A stretch of DNA of 64,000 bases, taken from the NCBI GenBank assembly GCA_973895155.1, contig OZ316898.1:16978752-17042751 (forward strand), written 5' to 3'. This document shows positions 51,116 to 64,000 of this stretch, piece by piece. The position numbers were made by a program, and so were the translations under genes. The notes beneath the pieces were generated by a model, which saw only the letters and a program-made list of their open reading frames with translations, had not been told where the DNA came from and ran no database searches. Origin of the DNA: Marsupella aquatica (Eukaryota > Plantae > Marchantiophyta). The number at the start of each line of letters is the position of its first letter. Position 1 is the stretch's first letter.

Positions 51116-52060
51116 CGGGAAGAGTCGGCGGCCGAAGAGAGTAGGAGAGGGGAGAGAGCTCAAGGTCATGTCCATGCAAACAGCGCTATGGGAGGTCGGG
51201 TCGGCGACTGGTGTGACCTAAATCAAGACTCGGACTGGCTCTAGTGTCTGTCACATGTCAAAATAGGGCTCGTTAGGTTTCTGGTGTGTTTCTCTCCGCT
51301 TCGTTTTCATCTGGAAAGGATAGGAGGAGATGGTGTTCTTCCTCGGGGCAGGGGCTGTAGGGTGGCTGCGAGGGAGCCTCGCTTTGAGCTTATTCCGTGT
51401 TAGTGGGGCGAGTTTGATATCCTGGGACTTCACAGCTAAATTTTGTCGGCAGTAGTACTGTGTTTCGTGATGTTTCCATGAGGGAAAGGCTATTCAAAGT
51501 TTTCATGTCTGCTGACAGTGTAGTATTGCGCTGTTAAGCGCAGGATTCCTTGTACGTTCGGTTTTAGGCACGGGTCTGTCTGGTTCCTTTAATTGGAAGG
51601 ATTTGGTGGTGTGGATTGGAGCTCGGTAGTCCGGGTCCTTCCGTTCTTCCTTTCATATTACCTTTCATGAGTCTGCCTTGCAGTAGTCTGGTGAATTTGA
51701 TTAGCTTGGTTCCCGGTGCGTCGCGTCGAGCGGAGATTTTTTTTGTTGTCTCAATAATCATACATGTCTTATCTATAATATCTGCCGTAATCATCTAGTA
51801 ATTTCAAGCAAATTTTGTTTTCGGATTGACCTACTTGTTTTCGGTTATTGACTTCCATGTTTCTTCTTTTTTGTATCTTTCTTTCCGCTCTTGTGCTTTA
51901 CTCTGGTTTCCGACTTTGTTTGTCATTCGGTGTTCGTGACGTAAATCTTTTATTGGGTTTTGGTTTTCCTCCTAAGTTCTCGGGGGTCATTCTGACGAAG
52001 GTTTGTTTTCTGCATGTGTGTTCTCTAGACTGGACAAGGCTTTGGTGTCATCGGTGAATT

Positions 52061-55000
52061 ATGGCGGGGACAATTGTGCAATCTCCGACTTTGACCTCCG
52101 CAGCGGTGCGGAGGGAAAATGGAGAGCTTGCTGGAATCAGTAGGAAGGGAAGGAGAGTCAGGGTGACTTCCGCCGGAGTCGCTGGAGTGAATCTTAGGGC
52201 GAGCTCAGGTTCATCATGCTCAGCCTCAGGTCGTAGATTACAAATGTTGACAGGAATGAGGCGCGCAAATGCCGTGGACGCCTTAGCGATGAGGTCTGGG
52301 AAGGATTTTAAATCCGTAGTTGCAGCAGCTATTTCATCCGTATCTCCTGTGGGGACTGCATCCCGAGGGGTCGCTGTCGCTATGTTTGAGCGATTCACAG
52401 AAAAGGCCATAAAGGTTATCATGCTCGCGCAGGAAGAGGCGAGGCGTCTTGGTCATAACTTTGTTGGAACGGAGCAAATCTTGTTAGGTCTGATAGGTGA
52501 GGGAACAGGCATTGCTGCTAAGGTTCTCAAGTCCATGGGTGTGAACCTGAAGGAGGCTCGTGTTGAGGTTGAGAAGATCATAGGACGTGGTAGCGGTTTC
52601 GTTGCTGTCGAAATTCCCTTCACTCCACGTGCGAAGCGTGTACTAGAGCTCTCCCTGGAGGAAGCTAGACAGCTTGGTAAGTACTCCACGTTCGTCTTTG
52701 ATCCTTCTGTCGAATGTCAGGGTGAACAGGAGTAACGATTTTGGTTATTGAATCCGCGAACTTACTTCAAATTAATAGACAGTATCTACTGAGTAGTCTA
52801 GGGGAGGTTTGGTGAGCAGGGTAAATACTGAAGTGTCTTTTTTCAGTTTATTCGTGGCCCTGAAGGTACGAGTAATTAGTCGTGTAGTTGTGTTTGCTCG
52901 TAGCCTTGTGGGGGATGTGAGTAATCAGTTTTGTAGGTTTTCTAACTGGTGTGGTGGAATAAATCTGGTTCAGTTTGTCGAAGCTGATCGAATAGTTGGA
53001 CAATTCCGTCATAGGGCTGAGATGGTATTGGGAGCGGTATATTGTTCGTGGGATTCGTCCATTTGAGACATGCCCAATTTATCTGAACTGAAGGATTTCT
53101 TTCTCCACTGGTACAGGTCACAACTACATCGGAACAGAGCACTTGCTTCTAGGTCTGCTTCGTGAAGGTGAGGGTGTGGCTGCCCGTGTGCTTGAAAACC
53201 TTGGGGCTGATCCGAGCAACATTCGCACTCAGGTACAAGATTTACTGCTTTAGGGTCGTCTAACAAATTGAGATGATGTGACGAAGATTTTTGGTCTCTG
53301 TCGACATTTTTCCAAGCTTTACTGCTAGCTTGTTGGCTGGTGACAAGGTTCTCTAATGCCATGGTGGCAACTGCTTTGGTACAGGTCATCAGGATGGTCG
53401 GGGAGAGCACCGAGTCTGTCGGGGCAGGAGTTGGGGGTGGTAGTAGCAACAATAAAATGCCCACCTTGGAAGAGTACGGGACTAACCTGACCAAGCTTGC
53501 TGAAGAGGTGAGTGCTGGAGCTTTTCGTTCACATTCAATCTCGTACCGACCGCTCATCAAAGGGATCCTGTTGACCGTATAGCGGTCGGGTTTTGAGTTC
53601 TTCTGTGATAGGCCGTTCTCTCTCTGAAATTTAGGCCATATAACCCTATCTGTACTTCAGATGGAAGGGAAGTTAATCTGTATTTTCTTATTTCTATCTT
53701 TTTAAAAATAATAGGTTCTGACTGTTGTTTGCGTGGCCATTTACTACTATTAGGTGTCTTACTCAGATTTTTTGGTGTTCAAACTTAATTAGAATGGACA
53801 ACATTTGAGTGGGAGAGCTCATTTCCCCTAAGATCCTTTCAGAGATGTCAGTCTGGCTGGCAGTCTACTGCGTTGTGAATGAGAAAGCAGGAACTGATTA
53901 GATCCATTTAGTTTTTTTGATACACGAAAACGACAAAATAATGTCACAAACGTTCAATTTGGACCGCTGTAAGGCCTTTTGGATTTTTCAAGTAATGTTT
54001 TTAGAGCTGTAGTAATAATTGGTCACTTTTATGTTGCTGACATATGGCACCGCCTTTCTCAGGGTAAGCTGGATCCCGTCGTAGGAAGGCAACCACAGAT
54101 CGAGCGTGTGACTCAAATTTTGGGTAGGCGAACAAAGAACAATCCTTGTTTAATTGGAGAGCCAGGAGTGGGAAAGACTGCGATTGCTGAGGGTCTTGCA
54201 CAACGTATCGCAGCTGGAGATGTGCCCGAAACTCTTGAGGGCAAGAAGGTAACGTGGTTATCAGTCCACTTTGTTGCAATTCTGTGTGACATGTAGCTTA
54301 AGCCGGCCACAATTGAGTGAGGTCCTTCTTTGGAGGACTCATGACCTTAGAGTTTTAGTTTTTGTGGCGAAATATCCTAAATTTCTAAGCTTTCTGGTTT
54401 CAGGTGATTACTCTGGATATGGGACTACTTGTTGCTGGAACGAAGTATCGTGGAGAATTCGAAGAGAGGCTGAAGAAACTCATGGAGGAGATCAAGCAAG
54501 CAGATGATATTATTCTAGTCATTGATGAAGTCCACACTCTCATCGGGGCAGGTGCTGCAGAAGGTGCTATCGATGCAGCAAACATCCTCAAACCTGCCCT
54601 TGCCAGGGGTGAGCTGCAGGTAATGGCGTTTGTAGTGGTAATAGCAGTGAGTGATAGTTTTTCCTGTACGTAAGTACCAAGGTGTGCAGTACGCTTATCC
54701 GAATTAAGTTTCCAGAGCAGCATCATAATGAGGGTAAGGGTATATATATACACATAATTCTCGCGATTAGTTCGGAAACTGTCATGGCGGTCGGATGGTG
54801 TAATTAAAAACTACTTCTTGGGCTTTTGTTCTGTAGTGCATCGGTGCGACCACTTTGGATGAGTACAGGAAGCACATCGAGAAGGATCCTGCCCTTGAGC
54901 GACGATTCCAGCCTGTGCTGGTGCCAGAACCTAGCGTGGATGAGACCATCCTTATTTTGAAGGGTTTGCGCGAGCGATACGAGATTCATCACAAGCTCCG

Positions 55001-57006
55001 ATATACAGACGATTCCCTTGTAGCTGCAGCACAGCTGTCGTATCAGTACATCAGGTCAGAAGAATAGCATTGACTTCTATTTCACTGTTTGTTGTGTATC
55101 TACATAATGGGAGATTGAAAGAACGGACTAGCAAGGATTGGTAGGTCACTCAGCAGGACGTTACCTTTCTGTAGTCTATTAGTCTAAATATTGTTCCGTT
55201 CTTTTGCAGTGACCGCTTTCTTCCCGACAAAGCTATTGATCTGATTGATGAGGCTGGTTCAAGAGTTCGCCTGCGACACGCTCAGGTATCATAAAAGCTG
55301 CAAGTTGAAACCACTCTCATTTTATTCGTTTGGTCGCTTTGTTTCTTCGCCACTGTTTCTCGACCTATCTATGCATCCAATGAAGGAAAGGGCTTGGAAA
55401 TATCTGGAAACAAAAGACCTATGCCAGTGCAGGGACTCTGTTCTCTGATGATACAGTGGTCAACGTGCCTATGCCGGCTAGAGGCATAGAGAGATGTAAC
55501 CTTGAACTGACAGTTTCTATTCTTGGTTTGTAGCTTCCAGAAGAGGCCAGGGAACTTGATAAGGAGTTAAGGGCAATCACAAAGGAGAAGAACGAAGCCG
55601 TTCGTGGTCAAGATTTTGAGAAGGTATAGTATTAGTCTGTTTTCCAACTTATATCGATTGACTGCCCGTAGACAGTTGTACTGTCAAAATTAGTCTATAG
55701 AGGTCACTATTTGCCGCGCATTCTTGACACGCTACTGATTGGGTTATATTGTATTGTTCGAAAGTATATATGAAAATGGTGCTAATTACTTTCATTTCTA
55801 TTTTGTGACGTGTAGGCTGGAGAGCTACGGGACAGAGAGATGGAACTTAAGGCACAGATTACTGCCATAACTGAGAAAGGCAAAGAGAAGACCAAAGCAG
55901 AGAGTGAGGCTGGAGACACTGGTCCAATGGTGACCGAAGCAGACATTCAGCATATCGTGTCTGCTTGGACTGGTATTCCTGTGGAGAAGGTATCCACAGA
56001 TGAGTCAGACCGCCTCTTAAAGATGGAGGAGACTCTTCATCAACGCGTGATCGGTCAAGACGAGGCAGTGAAGGCTATTAGCCGTGCTATTCGACGTGCA
56101 AGAGTAGGATTGAAGAGTCCAAGCAGACCTATTGCGAGCTTTATTTTCTCTGGTCCTACTGGGGTTGGAAAATCAGAGCTGGCAAAGGCTTTGGCCTCAT
56201 ACTATTTTGGATCTGAAGAAGCAATGGTGAGATTGGATATGAGTGAATTTATGGAGAGGCACACTGTCTCCAAGCTGATTGGTTCACCTCCAGGTTACGT
56301 GGGGTACAGTGAGGGTGGTCAGCTCACAGAAGCTGTTCGCAGGAGACCATACACAGTTGTTCTTTTTGATGAAATTGAAAAGGCACACCCGGATGTGTTC
56401 AACATGATGCTCCAGATTTTGGAAGATGGTAGGTTAACTGATAGCAAGGGTCGCACGGTAGACTTCAAGAACACTTTGTTAATTATGACTTCCAATGTGG
56501 GAAGCAGTGTAATTGAAAAGGGTGGAGGCGGCATTGGGTTCCAGCTGGATTACGGTGAGAAGGACAGCAGCTACAACAGGATAAAGAGCTTGGTGAATGA
56601 AGAATTGAAGCAATACTTCAGGCCGGAGTTTTTGAACAGGTTGGATGAGATTATTGTCTTCAGGCAACTGAACAAGAGCGAGGTCAAGGAGATTGCAGAT
56701 ATTATGTTAAAGGAGGTGTTTGAGAGGCTGAAGAAGAAAGAGATTGATCTTCAAGTGACAGAGAGATTCCGGGACCGGGTGGTGGATGAAGGGTACAGTC
56801 CCAGCTACGGTGCAAGGCCGTTGAGGAGAGCAATTATGCGCCTGCTGGAGGACAGTATGGCAGAGAGGATGCTTTCGGGAGAAATCAAGGAGGGAGACTC
56901 GGCTATTATTGATGTTGATTCCGAAGGAGGAGTCACTGTGTTGAATGGTACAACTGGGAGTGCCTCTAGTACTGCTATTGAGACTACGCCAGCTGGCATC
57001 TCATAG
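52061..57006 (+). CDS. CLPC: Chloroplast ATP-dependent Clp protease ATP-binding subunit ClpC (Hsp93)
   Basis: Transit peptide followed by [35 protein letters not shown]1 has GEPGVGKT and IDEVH; NBD2 has [21 protein letters not shown] and GARPLRR. Nine exons at about 52061-52676, 53117-53232, 53384-53507, 54063-54248, 54404-54619, 54836-55053, 55211-55284, 55534-55623 and 55816-57006. Confidence 0.97.
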
Positions 57007-57579
57007 ATTTCTTGATCATGGTTTTCTGGAGTTTGGTTCCCACAAAATGTAGTGAAAAACTCAGGATGGCACACTCATTTGGTATTAGAATCATCATCAA
57101 TCCTTCTGCATAGATAGAAGGTTTTCTTGCTAGTTAAGAATTGCAGTGGACGTTGGTGAACTTGTACTGTGGCCTCGATGCCTTGGTTGTCTGATTTCAA
57201 CTAACTAGTGTGGCAATGCTTCCCATGATCACGTTGATGGCCTTACGTCGTCCAAGAGAATATCTAGAGCAAATTGCTGTTTATTTGCAAAGCTTCAGCT
57301 TCAGGCTGATGCCTTTGCATAGCCTTGGAGCTGCTGTACAGCCAAGGTTATCATAGTTTAACTCGAAAGAAGTACCTCAATTTTCAAAACCAGTACTCGT
57401 TATTGGAGGTGATATGGTTCTGTTGTTCCTCAGCGTGTCTCGGATTGGATGGGATTTTGGATAGAACTTTGAACATGCATATACACCCTCGGTTGACCCC
57501 GGATGTCGGAGCATTAGAGGGTCACGGACAGTTAACACAAATTGGAATTGGATTTGGTATATCTTCATGTATTATGTGC

Positions 57580-57888
57580 ACTGGTATCTTCTGCCCTCAG
57601 GAAGAATCTTTCAAACTGCTCCCAAGTTACTGGTATCTTCTGCCCACGGGAAGAATCTTTTAAACTGTTAGAAGAGGCATAAATGCTCTATAAGTGGGAT
57701 AATTTTGCATTTGCACATGAAAGGAAATGATAATGTCGAACTTGGATTTTGGAATTGGTTGTGTTGGCAGGAGAATCTGCTAGAAAAGTTTTGAGTGCTT
57801 TCTAAGTCACATTGTTTTGCTTCTGAATATGAAAGGAAATGGCGATTTCGAACTTGATTTTTCGGAATTGGTTGTCTTGGCAGGAAGA
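57580..57888. repeat. Two adjacent pairs of short direct duplications downstream of ClpC
   Basis: ACTGGTATCTTCTGCCC.C.GGAAGAATCTTT.AAACTG at 57580 and 57629. TGAAAGGAAATG...TCGAACTTG...TT.GGAATTGGTTGT.TTGGCAGGA at about 57718 and 57830. Confidence 0.8.
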
Positions 57889-58892
57889 TGATTGTTAAAA
57901 ATCCCTGCAAACATCAGTCTTGATTGTTTTGGAATGCTGACGCACGAGCAGCCGTTGTGCCCGAAGTATCTGTGATGCCATTGACTAGCGATGTCAGCAA
58001 CGAAATTGGTGGATAACTGACTATCAGATATTTCACCATGAAGACTTTACTCGAGAATGTCGGCCAAGGTCCTGTACTCATGTTAACAATATCCAGGATG
58101 TTGAGCGATTCAGTTTTTGGTGTCCACATTGTCAAGAAGTTTATTCCAGAGTTCCTCTACAAAGAGGATGCGAGAGACTAAAAAACGAGTGGCCTTTGCC
58201 AGGGAGGAGAACGTTGTATCAAGCGTGTGTTCTCCCTCCCCCTCTCCTACCATGTGATTGTTTGTATTGCGGATGAACAAAACGAAATTGGTCACAATGG
58301 CAAGAAAGATGTTTTATGAAGGTGCCTTTTCCACGCTTGCCTAAGATACGACGATCGAGTTACCAGAGGGAATAGCTTACAATGGACAATCTCCAAAGTC
58401 TTCAGCTCATTCTTTGAACAGTGAAGTAAATTATTTATATATCAGTGGTATTTGTATTGTCCTTCCAACCACTGGCCAGACAATTCACTCTGAAGCAAGC
58501 ACGAGGTTAAGCCAGATGCCACTGCAATTTCATACGTGAGGGCCAGTAGTATCCTAATACATTTTTATACCATGGAGCAAACTTGGGAAAACTTGGACCA
58601 ATGGCCCCTTCTTGCAACTGTGATAGTAGTCCTATGTTCCCATAAGTTGAGCCTCGATCATGTTTTCATGACAAGCTCAACAAACACACTCGTAGATGGG
58701 AGCGTAGCCAGGGAAATATAGAAAGCTGTTTACTATTTCAAACTCTTAATTTGACTTTGCATGAGACTATAGCCATTAATTGCCGTGCTTGGGATGCACA
58801 ATCCTAACTCCCCCTCGAAAGGCAATCCACCACCGTACCGTCTCCATTCACGTTAATCTCCTCAACTTCATGTCTGGTGGAGCAAATTGAGT

Positions 58893-61800
58893 CTAAGTTG
58901 CTGCTGCTGCTTGCAACTTTTGGAGGATTTGATCTTTCACCACCCGGCGTAAAATCTTGCCCGAAGAAGACTTTGGGATGCTGGACACCAACTCTACAAC
59001 CCTCAACTTCTTGTAGTTCGCCACCTGCTCAAAGGAACGAGATAAATTTAAGAAGCTATAGATGGGAATTTTTGCTCAGCCATGTTTCTACCCTGACAGG
59101 AAAAAGTAGCTTGTTGATTCATTCATCTGTGTTAAGGGCAAGTGCCAAGTTTGACCATCGCCACTATCAGCAGAGTAGTTGGAGTTGATCTGATTTAAGA
59201 CACTATCAATAGCATCTCCATCTAAACGGATTTATTTTAAGGATTGGGAAGATACATACATGGTCAGCAATGTATGCTTTGATCTCTTTCTCTGTTATGA
59301 GAGCGTTGGGCTTCAGTACAATACTGGCGGCTGGAATCTCTCCTGCCTCTTCGTCTGGAAGTCTGTAATGAAGGGAATGCAAGTAAAGACCGCGACCAAC
59401 AACAATTAAGAAACGAGCCAGGGCAGATGTGTGTTCGTGAGGCGATTACTTGTGCCCTACCTGCTACTAATTATGTGAAAAAATTAAAATCTTTGCTGAT
59501 GCAAGATTGTCTTAAACATACCCCACAACAGCGGCATCATTGATTGCGGGATGGGCTATCAACAGAGCCTCTAGCTCAGCCGGTGGTACCTGCATGGTTG
59601 TTTGCCAGAGAGGTCAAGTCTTTGTTCTCACTGGCCACATAAGTTCACTGTAATTAGAATGTCACAACCTGGAACTTCTCTAATTATAATCGTCCCACTG
59701 CCCTTGAAAGACTGCAGTTCCCTCAGAATGAAAGAAGAGATTTGGCTTCCCTTCCATATCTTTCCAGGATTTCTGTTCGGTTCTGTTTCATCTTTTCCTG
59801 GAGTAGATAAAAGTCTCCTCCCAAGACCAAAGGTTACTTGTAATGCAGAGTGCTCGTTTCTCTTGGGTTTGATATATACGTTAGCTCAAGCTAGGCCATG
59901 TGTCATGCATTCTGGGTCCACGGTCCACTGCTTTAATATCTAGAGTACTAATCAGCTGATAGAGGCATGATTCACTGCAGGGAACTCAGTGTCGCTAGCA
60001 TCTTTGGAGTAGACGTACTCTCAGCAATCTTGTTCTGCCAGCGTCAGCCGACACCTAAAGTTCTCTCTTGCAAAGGTCCCATTCGTAAAAGGTTAATTAT
60101 TCTACCAAAAGCTCTAGTGTGGACAGACCGAGCTAGTAGCTGGGGTCCCGACTTTGTAGATAACAGATACGGTGCTGATTGACCGCTATCAGGAATCATT
60201 CACGTAGTCTGACCCTCTGGACCCATTAAATACGTACCTGGAAGCCCTTGTATTTGATAAGCTCTTTTACTCTGTCCACGACGAAAACATCACCGTCGTC
60301 ATCAATGTAGCCAATATCTCCCGTGTGGAGCCAGCCTTCATCATCCACGGTAGCCTTAGTCGCCTCTGGATTCTTGTAATAGCCTTGAAAATATCCCACG
60401 GTAACAAGGCTTAGCTGAATGAATTTCTGCTGTGATCCCTACCTTGAATGACAAGTAAATCCAGGCACGACAGTAGATTTTAATCTCACAGCTTCTCGTC
60501 GTTAAGTTTTTTCCACATGCTAGTGAACAATGATTAACGAAATGTGCTGCTCAAACATTGCTATTGCTCTACCAGTTGTTTGAGCACAGGACAAGCATTA
60601 ACCGTAATTGCATCACATTCTTTTAAAATGACGTGCATTGGGCTAGATTTCTTTTGGCAGAATTTCTTCCTCTTCCATGATACTGACTGTAAGAGTCAAC
60701 TCTTTACTAGGAGGCAGAGGAAGAGGTTCATCGTTACGCAGGGTAAGCTCGGTAGTACGCTAATCAGGGAAGCGGATTTAAATGCTAGGTCGTAAGCATC
60801 GTCTCCTTCAAATGTTATTTGACGTACACGTTTTTTGGCTTGAAATGAGTACTTTGCTGAATCAGTAATTTGGCGGACATCTTCTAACGAAACGTGGGAC
60901 CTCCAGCGCTACTAACAAACCTTTCATCACCGTGGGTCCCTGGGCGTAGATCTCGCCGAGAGTGTTGCGTGCTACGGTTCTGTTTGTGGAAAGGTCGACG
61001 AACTTCACTTTGGTACCCGGCAAGATATACCCCACCGAACCTTTCTTCGCAGGTTCGCGCTGGTAGAGCGCCGTGTGAGAGATAGTAATGCAGCTGTACT
61101 CTGTCAACCCGTAGGCCTGCTCAAACCACACAATCCTCCTGTTAGTTTCGAGTGAAGAAGGCACATATCAAAGACGACAGAGCTTCAAATTTTCATGACA
61201 ATTCTCTTCAGAGTCTGTATTGTTTAGATCATTCTACTTGCATCAAGCCATGTGCTGCATTAGAGCACACAACTACTTGTACTGCGGTTGCTAAGTGATT
61301 ATGTGCTCCATACTGATAGATGAGTTCATTAGTACGTAGAATGCTATAGTGATGGTGCAAAGACTGGAGTCCATGAGCCCGACAGTACAAGTAATGGCTA
61401 TACATGAGTGACAGTCTTAGTTTGCGATCGTATTACTAGTATGTTTTTGAAGTGTATAGAAAACTTAGATTTTCGCGTAGGTATGTTCTCTTAATCCCGA
61501 ACAGCTGATTTTCTCGTGGGACGACTAAGGACGAACATGAACGCAATGCATGAACACATCATCACATCGATTTTAACAAAATAATGCAGGATGGAACGCT
61601 CGTTTCTGGATCTGCCCCGCACTCCACTCCTGTGGGCGAGCCTGTGGGTTGGTGTGGGTTGGTTCCAAGAAGCAGGACAATAACGAAACGTTGCAAACTG
61701 CCTGATACTTTGTGGCATAGTTTTCCTTCGACAATCCTGAAGCAACTTCTCCTTCACTTAGGTGAAAAAAACGCGAAGGAGATATAGTTACAATTTTGCG

Positions 61801-63354
61801 TCTTGAAATTTTGCCTTCAGTACGTAATGTATGAATCATGTACCTGTAGCATGTAGATGTTTGGGAATTTAGTCTCGAACGTCTTTTGAAGCTCTGAGCT
61901 GAGAGGAGCGGCAGCACACAGGATAGACTGAAGTTTCAGCTTGCTGAGATCGAACTCATCCACAATTGGACTCTTCACCAGCTGCAGAATGATGGGCGGT
62001 ACCAGTGGAGCAAATGTAACCTCGTATTTGATGAGTATCTCTAAAAATCTCCGGATCTCGTACCTCTCCATCACTACCACCGTGCCCTTCATCCTCATCG
62101 TAGCGCATCCCAACCCACAGATGCCGTAGATGTGAAACATAGGCATAAGGCCGAGGACAGTTCGGCCATTATCCCGAGCAACTTGCTCGTGGGAGAATTT
62201 TCCCTCGACTTGGCAGAGAGTTTGGCAAAGATTACACACAAGGTTTCTATGGGTGAGCATCACGCCTTTTGATATACCGGTAGTGCCCGATGAATATGGG
62301 AGAGCACATAGATCATCTGGAGAGATGTCAACTGAGGGGACCTTCGATCCATCTGCCTGGAACAAGGTCTGCGCGGAGATAGTTCCTTTCGGAGCCTCGC
62401 CGCCCAATATCGCTATAGGAACATCAATGTCGGTCATCTGGAATCGAAATTGAGATAGTGAGAGTCATCCTAAATCAAGCAACAAGTCGTCCCCCGATGG
62501 CTGCTTTGAAGCACTCGTGTGAAAAAGAATTTGAACACGCTCTTGCAATTTGAAACTTACATATAGCATGATCTTGTTTAAAACTCTATGGACGGCTTAA
62601 CACAATAATTCCACCGTTAGCACAATTGATCAGTGACTTCATATTCGGAGACGACTTTGACCTGCAGACAACCAGGTTTGAAATGTATTTGTCTAAAGAT
62701 TTACTTCGATCTGTTTATCTAGATATAGATTGGATGAAGTTCCCTTAAATCCTAAACCTCACGTCTTAAAATTGTAGATGGAGCTTTATGAACAGACTTA
62801 CAAAAAGGAATCTGTTCTTATGAACAAATTGACTCTTGAGCTGTCATTACTCAGAATCAATCACTCGATTTAAGTGTCAGTATTCAAGTTCTAGCTAGCG
62901 GGAGAGTTGAACCGCTCCTCCGTCGTACCTTGACAAAAGCTGCAGGATCAGTAATGATGAGCTTCGCTTCCGAATCGCTCACTTGCTTGGCGATTTCCTT
63001 CGGATGAGCATAGGGGTTAACTCCTGAAAAGACACCTCCAGCGCTCATAATGCCAAAGACGAGAAGGAAGTACTCCGCCGTGTTTGGGAGGACAATGCAA
63101 ACGACGTCTCCTTTCTTGATGCCCAGCTCAATCAGTCCTGCGGTGACATTCTTCACCAAACTTTGAACCTGCCCGTAAGTATACTTTCGCTCATCTGAAC
63201 TGTCGACGATGGCGACTTTGTCAAGGTATGAGTCCACAGCTTCCAGAACAAACTGGGGAAGTGTCAAATTATCCGGAAACTTGAAAGCTGGTACGCTGCT
63301 CTCGTATATATACTCACGATCAGATGATCCGGTTTCAGCAGCAACAGTCGACAT
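58893..63354 (-). CDS. 4-coumarate--CoA ligase-like acyl-CoA synthetase, ACOS5-like
   Basis: ATG at 63354 in a GCCACCATG context; 7 exons. [51 protein letters not shown] (ACOS5-type), [27 protein letters not shown] and [12 protein letters not shown]. Stop TAG at 58893-58895. No PTS1 tripeptide. Confidence 0.88.
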
Positions 63355-64000
63355 GGTGGCCTGATCGATCGAGGTTCCTTGCAGTCCGTGAGTGTGAAAC
63401 TTTTTCAAAGTAGCCTTCTGTTGTCCCGATGCACTTGAGTCGATGATTACGCAGTTTCCGCTGGAAGAATGTTGTCACTGTTTCGTGGCGTGGTGCTACG
63501 ACAATATGAAAAGCCTGGCTGCACCACATGTAGAACCAAACTAATTTTAGAACTAGATTATTGCCAATGCTCATTCCTGTGCATTTGAAACTGTCAACTG
63601 TCTTTTGTTGTTTGGACATCAAAATGGTACGTACAATTTCTAGTTCTGCAAAATTTCCTATGATCAGCCCATCGAATTTATATAGCTTACGGAGACAATA
63701 TTCCGAGGAATGAACTACATGAGGTGAAAGATTCAAGTTTTCTCTTCCAATGCTAGACCGCTGGAAACTGGTGAGGGATTACGACTGTGTCGTGCAGCTG
63801 GCGGACTGAAATTTCGACAAGGCCTGGTTTGATCCTACATTAGTTTGCGGCTTCCAGGACACTTCGACATAGACAAAACGGTCTTCGCATTGAAAGAATT
63901 CAACGGTATCATTTAAGATATCTGTTCATTGGAGATAGAGCTCACGTACGCACATGTATACCAATAGATGTAAAAGTCAGTGAGACCTTTCCGCGTAGCT

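Noticed and set aside
50351-51175. 274-aa minus-strand ORF
   Set aside because: Antisense to the GC-rich ClpC leader and partly explained by the local duplication; no domain signal.
57915-58330. Cys/His-containing open frames between ClpC and the ACOS-like gene
   Set aside because: No start, splice structure or recognisable domain.

Overview
Intron-rich nuclear DNA from a seed-free land plant, most likely a bryophyte or liverwort. This is inferred from GT-AG introns, a plastid ClpC, an SLT-type sulfate transporter and a flagellar SAXO-like gene. Spliced genes, in order: an S9 peptidase on the minus strand (runs off the left edge), a SAXO/FAM154-like axonemal protein (-), NOL9/Grc3 polynucleotide kinase (+), an SLT sodium/sulfate cotransporter (-) followed by a 463-codon Ser-rich ORF whose linkage is unresolved, an MTA/SAH-deaminase-like amidohydrolase (-), chloroplast ClpC (+) and an ACOS5-like acyl-CoA synthetase (-). 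Also present: an intronless SnoaL/NTF2-like gene, an aldo-keto reductase pseudogene fragment, a 5'-truncated CRE-type non-LTR retrotransposon, two MITE-like families, several short local duplications, and a 3x74-bp hairpin-forming repeat array in the ClpC promoter. Exon boundaries were read by eye and may be off by a few bases. No database searches were possible, so family assignments rest on recognised motifs.
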